From Heptranchias perlo (taxonomy: Eukaryota), in assembly GCF_035084215.1 (NCBI RefSeq), contig NC_090336.1:31806001-31870000 (forward strand): DNA of 64,000 bases, written 5' to 3'. The position numbers were made by a program, and so were the translations under genes. Shown one piece after another: positions 24,391-35,249 of the stretch. How positions within the stretch are numbered: position 1 is the stretch's first letter; every line of letters begins with the position of its first letter. The notes below the pieces were generated by a model, which was given only the letters and a program-made list of their open reading frames with translations, made no database searches and was not told the origin of the DNA.

Positions 24391-24937
24391 ATATACAAAA
24401 TAAACATTATTGTAGGCAAGTCCTGATTGGCTAGATTCTTTTCTATAAGGCTAACAGAATTCTATAGAACACCTCACCCAGCAGAAAACTGAAGAAATGA
24501 ACATTTCTATTGGTTAAAATGAACATAACATGGCAAGATCAACAGCCTTGTTTCTAAAAGCAGAAAACATGGCCCACAGGGTTTAAATTGCTATCAGTGG
24601 TATCTGCAATGAATATGTTACAGCGACATTTCTCTGTGCTATTTTAACTCATTCGTTAATCCACTTAAAGTAAATGGGTTAGCAAATGTGTTAAAATAGC
24701 AGAGAAGAATTTTTTACAAGCACATTCACACATTTGTTACAAACACCACTGAGTGTAATTTCAACTCTAATAACTGTTGTTGGGAGGGATTTTCTGCCCT
24801 CCCTTCATCTTGTGAAGGCATTGACTTCGAGTTGAGGTACAGTTCCACAGGTACCAAATACCCTCCAATACCTGTCGTCTGGTCAAGTCATGTGAAAGCC
24901 TTAACAGTGACAGTTGGCAGACTATTTGGCTGGGTGG

Positions 24938-25777
24938 GGGGGGGACGGAGATGGGAACAGCGGGGGGGGGGCGGAGATGGGAACAGCGGGGGGGGCGGAG
25001 ATGGGAACAGCGGGGGGGGCGGAGATGGGAACAGCGGGGGGGGCGGAGATGGGAACAGGGGGGGGGGGCGGAGATGGGAACAGGGGGGGGGCGGAGATGG
25101 GAACAGCGGGGGGGGGGCGGAGATGGGAACAGCGGGGGGGGGCGGAGATGGGAACAGCGGGGGGGGGGGCGGAGACGGGAACAGCGGGGGGGGCGGAGAC
25201 GGGAACAGCGGGGGGGGCGGAGACGGGAACAGCGGGGGGGGCGGAGACGGGAACAGCGGGGGGGGCGGAGACGGGAACAGCGGGGGGGGCGGAGACGGGA
25301 ACAGCGGGGGGGCGGAGACGGGAACAGCGGGGGGGCGGAGACGGGAACAGCGGGGGGGGGCGGAGATGGGAACAGCGGGGGGGGGCAGAGATGGGAACAG
25401 CGGGGGGGGGCAGAGATGGGAACAGCGGGGGGGGCAGAGATGGGAACAGCAGGGGGGGCAGAGATGGGATCAGCGGGGGGGGCGGAGATGGGAACAGCGG
25501 GGGGGCGGAGATGGGAACAGCGGGGGGGCGGAGATGGGAACAGCGGGGGGGGCGGAGATGGGAACAGCGGGGGGGGCGGAGATGGGAACAGCGGGGGGGC
25601 GGAGATGGGAACAGCGGGGGGGCGGAGATGGGAACAGCGGGGGGGGCGGAGATGGGAACAGCGGGGGGGGGCAGAGATGGGAACAGCGGGGGGGGGCAGA
25701 GATGGGAACAGCGGGGGGGGCAGAGATGGGAACAGCAGGGGGGGCAGAGATGGGATCAGCGGGGGGGGGGGGGGGGG
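24938..25777. repeat. G-rich minisatellite, ~24-bp unit
   Basis: Unit (G)n-CGGAGATGGGAACAGC with variable G-run length; blocks of GAGACGGG and GCAGAGAT variants. Confidence 0.97.
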
Positions 25778-26729
25778 TAGGATCACAGCTGAGACAGATT
25801 CAATCCACACAGATTCATTTCCAGCAGGAGTCACTGGAAAGTCTTCAGGAGCCGAAACCCTGGTTGCAGCAATTGTAGCTAACTCTACGGCACCCCAGCC
25901 AATATCAGTTAATTCATGCATCGTTTTCTCAAACATATGATCAGTACCAAGTTCCTCTTTGCTACCTCTTCATTCCCTTTTACTGCTCATTTTCACTCTT
26001 TCTCTCCCACTTCATCTCGCTGTTTCTGTTCCCCCTCCACCCCAATTAAATAGAAGTGACCCAAAAGCAAAATCGTCAATAACGTCTCCACCCTGCTGTT
26101 CAGTTTTTCTCGATTTTTTTCGATCTGTTCTACAGAAATGAGGCTAACTGGGACAGAGGGAAAAAAACAATACACAATTGAAATACCCAAGTGAAATGGC
26201 ATATGAAGAAAATAAAACCTTCAGCCCCACCCCCCAAATAACACGCGCACAGTTTTAGGATCGCAAATCAAGATTTCGTTCTGGTGTAACTTAGATTAAA
26301 ATGTTCTCCGAAAATGACTACTTAAAAATACAGTGTAGTGAAACATGAAAAGACTTATACTGCTTACTGCAGCGAGAAATATTTTTTAATAATGTGGAAA
26401 TGAATGCATTTTCCCAATAAAATTTGCGGCAATTTTATTTTATATGGAAGCAACTTGTGCATCCTGCTGCTGTACTTACTTTTTCTAATATATTGCATTT
26501 TTGAAGCAAAAAAGGTTAAAACGTTGGTAATTAATTAAAAATGTTTAATGTTTTAATACTGAATTTCTAAAATCAAAATCCTACAAATGAAGCTGGTTCA
26601 AATGTTTCAAAACAAATTCAAAAGAAAAGAAAGTAAGCCATTTAATTAAAAGGTGCAGAAGCAACATCTATAGAATTTATGCATTTTTACAGTGGAATAT
26701 ATTATTAACCCTCAAGTGACAGTAAGCAG

Positions 26730-27260
26730 CAAACAACAAAGCAAATATAATGCTGAACTATACAGCCAAAACAGGTCAGACTATACTCAAGTGCTGTGTC
26801 CACTCTTGGTCACCGAGACACAATAAAGACATTCATGTCCTGGAGGTACCTCAGAGAAGACTCACAAGACTGATCCCTAGTGGTGGAAGTCTGAGTTATG
26901 AGCAAAGACTGGACAGACTTATGCTTTTTGGCCTAAAAAGAAGGTATCTGAGAAGTGATCTTACAGGGGTGTATAAGATATTAATGATGCAGACAAGGTA
27001 AATCCTGAATGCTGCTTCAAGCTGGGGAACACAGGTTTAAATTGGTGAAAGGCAAATTTAGGCCTGATGTCAGGAAGTTCAATACAAATAATGATCAACA
27101 CCTGGAATGGACTTTCAGGTAAAAACCCTGGAATCAGTTGAAAAACGGATACTGTTGTGGGGGGACTTTAGGCTCTTTCTGGATGGATGGAATGGGATGG
27201 GCGGAATGGGATGGGCCGAATGGATTTCCTCACCCGTGTATCTTGTGAACTTTCCGTCAT
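26730..27260 (+). mobile_element. Old CR1 fragment
   Basis: CCVHSWSP...QRRLTRLIP...LSYEQRLDRL...RSDLTGVYKI. Confidence 0.75.
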
Positions 27261-28194
27261 GTTCTGTTAAATCCTGCATTCCACATCTAAGCTGCCAGTA
27301 TTCTATCGACGCTACAAATTTGAAGGGAATTAAGATTCTAGTAGCTTTTTCTACCCTGATGAGGGTAGCATGGAAGGCAGGCAATCTCTGGTGATGAGAC
27401 TGATAAGTATGTTATGATGAACAGACGGCCATCAGTACAGGGTATAAATGTGAGGAAAATCTGATGTTGCCAATGTTTGAGAGGCTGACATATGGCAAAT
27501 CCACTTAATGGTAATGTTGGTCTTTGGAATCATTGGCAGCTTCCTCATTCCATGGAAATGTTCTAATTAAATGGATTGTGTGACAGATCTTTCTGATTGG
27601 TTCGTGATTATCTTGTGCCATTAAGCAGAGTGTTTAATGCAAATTGATTAGTGTAGAAAGAGGTACATTTTTTAATACACTTTGTAATACTTGCATTTGT
27701 AACATAAACACACACATCATACACCAATGAATTCTCAATATAGAATCACCAACATGTAACTCAGTTATGCTGCAAACTGGCATGGAAATGTGACTCTAAG
27801 GCAGGAACTTGGTGACAATCACCCCATTTGATTTCACTGTCAGCCCACTTTTGTATCTGTTCTAATTATAATTTAACACACGCTTCTTTTATCTATGTTT
27901 AAAACACAATTTTACCTAACCTCTGTTAATATTTTTAAAGGAAACTTTTATTTTCTTGAACCAATAAACTTCAGCAGCACTCAACCAATACTGAGGTCTC
28001 ATGGCTTGAATACCTGCTGATTGGCATCCAGTGGGAAAACCTACTCATCTGTTTGCTGGTTAATCTCTCACTGAACATCTTTCTGCTCCATCTGGCAACT
28101 TGAAATAACTGGTCTTTATTTATCTGGAATTGGGGGCGGGGGGAGTATTTTATATTATAATACAATAAGAAAATGTTCTATATAAATGCAAGTT

Positions 28195-28850
28195 TAACAT
28201 AGAACATCCCAAGCACTTCAAAAAGGGGTACATTTTAAAAAGGGGAATAGATGCTGAACTATAATTGAAGAGTTAAGAGAGGTGACTGAAAGCTTGGTCA
28301 AAAAGATGGGCTTTAAGAAGGGTTTTAAGAGTGGAGAGAGAAGTAGACAGGAGACGGTCACCAATGTCGGGATGAAGGTGGGAAATGTACAGAAAGCCAC
28401 AGTGGTGGTAAGAGTTTCAGCAGCAGTGGGGGGGTGTGGTAGGGATGGATGATGTTGCAGAGTGGAAGTAAGAAATCTTGATGGATAGGATGTGTGTTTG
28501 AAACACAACTCTGGATTGAACAGGACACCAAGGTTTTGCATGGCATGATTCAGTCTGACTGAATGACCAAGGAGGGGGATAAAATTAGTGGCAAGGGAGT
28601 CGAGTTTATGGTGGGAGCCAAAAATAAACTTTGGTCTTCCCAGTGGTCCGTGGGAAGAATTTGACACATCCACTTAATGTCAGTCAGGCAGTCTGATAGA
28701 ACAGAGGGGGTTATAGGGTTAGGGAAGTAATGGGCAAGTACTGGGTGTCATCAGCAGACAGGTGGAAGCTGACTTGATGCATTTACATGATGCCGATGAG
28801 GAAGAGGAAGGGACCATTTATGCTTGGAGATCTCGAAGGGTGACTCAAGG
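28195..28850 (-). mobile_element. Degraded L2 LINE 3' fragment
   Basis: GGTGACTGAAAGCTTGGTCAAAAAGATGGG.. resembles the L2 3' region at 32410-32430; minus strand VRLNHAMQNLGVLFNPEL. Confidence 0.6.
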
Positions 28851-31800
28851 GCCATGATTTTAGCATGGCGGTGGGAGGTCAGTGGGTGGGTGGATTTGCG
28901 CATGGGGAACCCAGAGGCAAAGTGAGCACGTTGAAATCTGCGATCATATCTCGACTGCAGGCAATTATCTTTGCTTCCAGGCTTCACGTATCCAAGCTGC
29001 GCAGCGGGCCTACTCCTCACTCGAATGACGCGATTTAAAGCCCACTGTTTAAAGGGCCAGTCCAAGAATGGATTTTGAAGGAAAAAGTAGAAATGGAATC
29101 CAGGAAAGCAAAGGCTGCCCCTAGATTTAATGATGCCTCCCTGGGTGTACTGCTGACTGCAGTGAGAGCCAGGAGGGAGGTAATGTTTCCAAAGGATGGC
29201 AGGAAGAAACCTGGCTCTGTAACCAAAAATGCTTGGCTGGAGGAGGCAGAAGAGGTGAGCAGCAGGAGCACGGTGCCCAGATCTTGGGTTCAGTGCAGGA
29301 AGCATTTTAATGACCTAACCAGGTCAGGAAAAGTGAGTACAGTTGCTGATTCACTGATTCACCCATGTCCTGTGTTGTTCAACAAGCCCCGACACCCCCC
29401 CCCCTCACACCGTCTGTCACTCTGTGTTGGCTCGCCTACCTCATCACATAACTCCTTACACCCACTTAAGTGTCAGCAGCAGCAATCATCCTTCACTGTC
29501 TGTGCACCTCCTCAACTGCCCATTTATTCACCCACCACTGCCACTCACCCCAATCCTGATGCAATGTGATGTATCTGTCTGATCGTCACCCTCTGATTCA
29601 CCTCTTTCATGGTCAGCCTCACCCAAGGCAATGCATTCATAGGATGAATACGTCACCTTCAGTCACTCACAGGTCTGTTCTTTCTCCCCTTGTAGGAGAA
29701 GAGAGCACAAAACGCAAGGGAGAGGAACAGAACTGGAGGTGGCCCACCACATAGTTGAGGTGACAGATGTGGAGGAGGAGGCCATGGAAATAAGTCGTAT
29801 CATCGCATGCCTATCCATCGGAGATGGAGAGACTGGACACCCCCAGATAGCTGGAGACAGAACTTCAACATCCTTCACACACATGATGAATTGATTTTAT
29901 CAATGATGTAACTGGGTCAGACCTCAGTATGCTCACTGGAAAGATTGTCACTTTTGCGATGAATCATTATTATTGCTTTCTGTTGTCTTCACGAGGAATC
30001 AGCAGAAATGGAAGAAAGTGATTCCTCAGAGGAGCTCATTCCTTCTGAGGGTGCACCGTCACAGGACATACAGCCATGCACCAGCACTGATACTCACACT
30101 TCGGTGGGCCCTGATGGACAGTTAGTTGGGTTGTCACCTGGTGATTCACTACAAGTGAGCACGAGCAGACACTGGTGGCAGGGGCAGCTGGGGAGAGTCT
30201 GCGTCGGTGAGCACTCTCGTCTCCAAGCTCTGCTCAGCTGGTGATGAACCCAGGGGGCCAACATTGAGCATGAGAATGATAGAGGTGCAGCAGTAACTTT
30301 GCGAGGTAATGGAAAAAGTGCCATGCACACTCTCCACAATAGCAGAGTGGATGGAGGAATCCAACTCCATCGCTAGTGAATTGGTGGCACGGGTAAGTGC
30401 GAGAATGTCTGCAATGGAGAGAATGGAATCCTCCATTGAGCTTCAAGCATGGCTCTCAAATGAGTCCATGCAGGCCATGACAATGGCCATGTGGACTCTG
30501 GATGCCAATATGTCTGCTGCCTTAAACAGCCAGACAGTTACGTTAGCTGTGGCCTTACAATGCAGCATATCTGCTCACCAACCTGCTGGCCAGCAGGGTG
30601 GTGGGAGTGATGTTGCGCTTGCCCAGGAGAGGGATAATGGCAAGAGGGGACATGGAAGTGAGGACTCCACTCAAAGTGTTCCCACATCTCACCCATTGCC
30701 CCGCCTCAACCAGTACTTGCAATGCTGCCTTCTCTCCCGATGTACGAGTCTGCCCCTGCACAGGTGCAGGTGGAGCAGTCTTTGGTGGAGCCCTCAAGGG
30801 CTCCAAAACCCAGAGATCATAGGCCAAGAGCATCTCAGCAGTCAGGGCAGGGATCTGAGCAACCTGCCACTACCTCTGCTGAAGCCATAGGGGATGCACC
30901 ATGTAGAAGCGATAGAAAGAAAAAGGCTAAGCAATTGTAATTCACCAAGAGTATGCACAAGGGCATTTGATGAGCTGTCATGTTGTTCATTTATATATTT
31001 CTTTTGTTATGGTACATTAAATTTAATCATTATCACCACCACTGCCACATCTTGGCCATTATTGAGTCCCTTTTGTGAATTCGCCCTGTCATGTGCTTCA
31101 TCATGAATGCCAAGACATGATGCCACCCATTGGGCGCATGTGAAATGGGTGTATGCGTGGGTGAAGGACTATTTTGTGCAAAGGGAGAGGGGGATGGGTT
31201 GGTGATGGTTGTTGTTCCAGGCGGCCTGAGTATTTCAAAGTCTTCGATTTGCACATCTCATTATGAGAACCTGTTAGAGATGAGGGCATCCCTGGCATCA
31301 CAGGTGCCAATGTGCACAGCTGCTCTGGCGATGGGTTCCCCATCTTCACCTGCCTCCTCCTCAGATGTACTGTGGAATAGATCCATTGTGACCCCCATCC
31401 TGCTCATGTCAGTTGGAGGGGCTCCAAAATGTAGATAAAGTTTGTCTGAACACAAGAATTCTCAGACTCAACAAAGAAATCTCAGTCTAAACACAAAGAA
31501 CTCCCAGCCAAAGCCAAAGGTTTGTCCGAAAGAATTGATTGCCCAGCTGCAATACCTCACCTTTTATTGAGATGTGCCAATCACTGGTTTAAAGGGCCAA
31601 ATAAGCTTCCGCTGCAACTCGCCTCCGTTTTAATAGCATGTTTCAGAAGCCATGGGAGACATGTTCAGGAGTAGTTAAATCTGTTTCTGTTGCAGAATCC
31701 ACAAAAAGTTAAGTACCTAAAGTGTTTCCAATACCTGAATTGGCCCTTTAAATAGCAGTACAATGGTTTTAAGTGGGGACGGGACTTCCCGGTTTCTTTT

Positions 31801-31925
31801 GTGCGTGCATCCTAACGCGCCTGGGTTAAACCTGGAAGTGGACATGTTGGAGCCGGGATGTGGTTCCGCTCCAAAAAACTGCTACTTATCCTCCCACCCG
31901 ATATTGGGGGTTAAAATTACCCCCC
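28849..31925 (+). mobile_element. Non-autonomous Harbinger element: 3-exon Myb/SANT gene plus deleted convergent transposase
   Basis: Imperfect termini GGGCCATGATTTTAGC / GTTAAAATTACCCCC; Myb gene on plus strand; transposase C-terminus ARDALISNRFS* on minus strand at 31261. Confidence 0.8.
29093..30940 (+). pseudogene. Harbinger Myb/SANT (Myb_DNA-bind_5-like) DNA-binding protein gene
   Basis: Exon 1 29093-29332 intact (KAAPRFNDASL...NAWLEEAEEV...RSWVQCRKHFNDL, AAA|GTGAGT); exon 2 from TGTAG|GAG at 29696 (EKRAQNARERNRTGGGPP, then frameshift); exon 3 ~29995-30940 acidic/coiled-coil ending RKKKAKQL*. Confidence 0.82.
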
Positions 31926-32295
31926 ATGTGTGAGCAGAGCGAATCAAACATGCTTGCCTTCGTTCCAGCAGAGGTTGCCAATGTGTGTGTTCTTGTTTTC
32001 AAAAAGATGGATAGGGCACCTCACTTACACTGGTATCTTTGTGATCAGAGACTTTACACAACACAGATCACTGTCCACCAGGCCAGGAATTGCTACAGTA
32101 AGTACGATCACCATTATCTTAGGGCTAATAGCCATCACTAGCATTCAACAAGAAGCCAGCAGCGTTGAAAGGTGAAGGGCAGCTAGATTTTTGGTTTAGC
32201 AGCTGATCTCTGACCAGTTGTTGTCAAATTGGCACTGAGTCTCCCAGTTACCAACCATATCAACATGGTTTTCCATTAAATTGTTTCCCACTAAA

Positions 32296-32495
32296 CAACA
32301 ACAACAACTTGCATTTATATAGCGCCTTTAACATAGTAAGACGTCCCAAAGCGCTTCACATAAGTGTTATCAAACAAAATTTGACACCGAGCTGCATAAG
32401 GAGATATTAGGACAGGTCGGTCAAAGAGGTAGATTTTAAGGAGCATCTTAAAGGAGGAGAGAAAAGTAGAGAGGCAGAGAGGTTTAAGGAAGGAA
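32296..32495 (-). mobile_element. L2 LINE 3' end
   Basis: Tail reads GGCGCTATATAAATGCAAG(TTG)n on the minus strand. Confidence 0.8.
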
Positions 32496-34974
32496 GTACA
32501 AATAGTGCAAGCTGAGAAGAATAGAAAATGGTTTGTTTTCTCCCCAAATCAATTCCTCTAAGAGAACTTCAGCATTAAATAAGGATTTTTTTTAAGATGA
32601 AGCTGTCCTCGTACTTTTTAGAAAAATGCTCCAGTTACATTGTGCTAGTTGAATTTTAATGGCACCAGTAAAGTAAGAGTCACCATCAGAAACCGTAAAG
32701 TGTAAAGTTTTAATGAGCTTCATGAAAAGAATCTAAAGATAAAAGTCAAAACAGCTGATACTTAAAAAAAGAAACTAGGAACAAGTCACATAGAAATCAA
32801 ACAAAACAGTCCATCATCAAAGAAATACAGAGCCCAAAAGAAAAGAGCCCAACCAGGAACCAGAAGTGAAGTTAAAACTTAAGACCAAATCCTTAGGGAA
32901 ATAAATGTGAGGTGCACTTCAAAGAAAAAGAAATCCAAATTTGACTGCTAAGATAAAAAGAAGAGACTGGATGGCTCAGCTGATTAAAGCAGTTTTATTT
33001 TACAGGTGTGGTCAGTAATTTCACTGGCCATAGGATGAATAATTAATCAAAAATGATAACTCATACTTTTGAACTAATACTCTGCAAAAATACATGGTGC
33101 TCAAGACTGATTTAAAGGAGTTGTTATTGTACCAAACACAGACTAATGTACAAGTGACAAGGTGTAATTTGTGAAAGAATATCGTAAGTAGGAGTCTTTT
33201 TGCTCTTGAGATCAAACTGTACTCACTAGCTAAGGTAAGATATCTACCATTTTCTGTAGTAATAGTCAAGTACTTCTGGGTCCCCAGTTACATTCCAGAT
33301 GAAGAAGCTGGTATGAAAATGTCCTCTCATAATCTGTGCAATCAGCAAGAAAAGTCAGAAGGTATAAGATAACTCCAGTAATAGTGACGGGTCATCCACA
33401 TTTCCAGTTATTGTGTCCTGCCGCACAACTATGGAACTAAATGCTGAATGTGGAATTCCTGGCAGAACATTGACAGACTGGCATAACCGGCCTAGAAATT
33501 AACAGATATTAGGGTAAACTCTCAGATTCCATCCTCCCAGTAAAGAGTCTTGCTCAAAATGAGTGCAGGTCAGAGACAGGGCTACAATGCTAGAGTGCAC
33601 CCTCTCAAAACTGCATTCCCATTAAGTGTGTAGCTCCCCATAGGGAGCATAGATTGGTGAATACGCCTTATGATTCCTTCCTAAAATATCTGAAAGTTGC
33701 ACTTAAGATCTTTATGTCAGATTTGCCAGTGAACAATCATTTGAACTTCCCTCAAGAGGTTCTTTTATAACTTTCAGTAACAATATAGGCCATTTTCACA
33801 GTGAAGACAAGGAATATGGTACAAATTTACAAGTTCTCAAGTCTGATGGTAGGTGACCAAAATTGGAGACTGGGAGCTGATACCTGTAGTATCAAAAGCC
33901 ACCTGAAGCTGGATTCAACAGTTTAATCCTTTAATAGCAAAAGATTAGAGACAGGTGTATACATTTTCCACAAGATATGCTAGTAGCGTAATCTTTGGAC
34001 CTGATAAGTGGCATTCTACTAAACCATGACAAGAAAGGTCTGATAAGGCACCAAGAATGATGCAATATTCTTCTTGTATTATGTTTGCGCTGCTTGTGGA
34101 ATGAAAAATAAAACTTCAATACAATACAATGAGATTATTTCATGACCCTGAAATAAAACATGACAGGAATTAATCCTCCCATGATCACCAGCGTTTCAGC
34201 TGTCATCTTGAAAATCCCCTACGCATAATTTACATAAATGGTCCATTACATCCCCCAAAATTAAAAGATAGTTGTATTTGAACTCGCAGAGTGAAAGTAT
34301 TCTTATATGAAAGAAATTTCAATTTAAAGAAATGACTATTTATAATTTATATTTTTAATGGTGTGATGTTAAAATGGATTTTACTTCAAAAATGTGAACA
34401 TTTCCAGTCACACAACAAAGGGAGTTAATTTCCTCTGGTAGTATACCGATTACCACGTTTGTGTTAAATTCTTTTGCGATATTTTAATGCTGTTGTTAAT
34501 CCATTTATTTTAAACAGCTTATCAAATACATAAAATAGCTCACAAAAGAACTGTATGCAAAGGTCTTAATTAGTGTGCTATCAGAGCAAACTAATGTTTT
34601 CATTACCCCTGTGATGAACACTAAAACTATCTTTAATCCTAGGTGGTGTAACAGCTCCCAATTTAGGAAATTTTCTATATAGCTGCCAAAAACTCCAAAA
34701 TAAATTTTAAGCAGCCGTATAGAAGTAAAGGAAGAGAACTGAAGTGATCTGCACCTCATAACTAGTGCTCAGCAGATCATGAGAATATAAGTCTTGAAAT
34801 ACAAGTGCAGCCAGGATTGGACGTACCAAGTGCTCATGCAAGATACATTTAACTAAGATACATTCAGCTGATCTGTTAAGAAACCCTCCAGTCTAAATGT
34901 TGAAATAAAGTGGCCCAAAACACCAACACCATCGTCTTCTGCACTTCCTCCACTACAATCAAATCCTTTGCTGC

Positions 34975-35110
34975 GCTGCTGCCTTGGCTGTCATGTTTCC
35001 CGATATTACCACAATGACTACAGTTCAAAAATAATGCATTGGCTGAGAAGTGCTTTGGGACCATCCTGAGGGTATGAAAGTTGCTATGTAAATGCAAGTT
35101 CTTTCTTCTT
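34975..35110 (+). mobile_element. Deu-type SINE 3' fragment
   Basis: CATTGGCTGAGAAGTGCTTTGGGACCATCCTGAGG...GCTATGTAAATGCAAGTTCTTTC. Confidence 0.65.
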
Positions 35111-35249
35111 CCCTTATTCTATCCGGTCACAAAGAAATCTCGGCACACAGTAGAAATTGAGCTTAATCAAGAGTTTACCTCCCTACATTTTGTCATGTGT
35201 GAGTGATGTGAGTGTACTGGACAATGGTGCTTCCCCAAAGTGCTGATGG

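Noticed and set aside
24938-25777. Possible CRISPR-like repeat-spacer array
   Set aside because: The apparent spacers are only G-runs; eukaryotic context and no cas genes.
24832-25940. Plus-strand Gly-rich ORFs of 288-348 aa
   Set aside because: By-products of the minisatellite, which is open in every frame.
27414-27464. C/D box snoRNA (ATGATGA...CTGA)
   Set aside because: Too short, no terminal stem and no recognisable guide.
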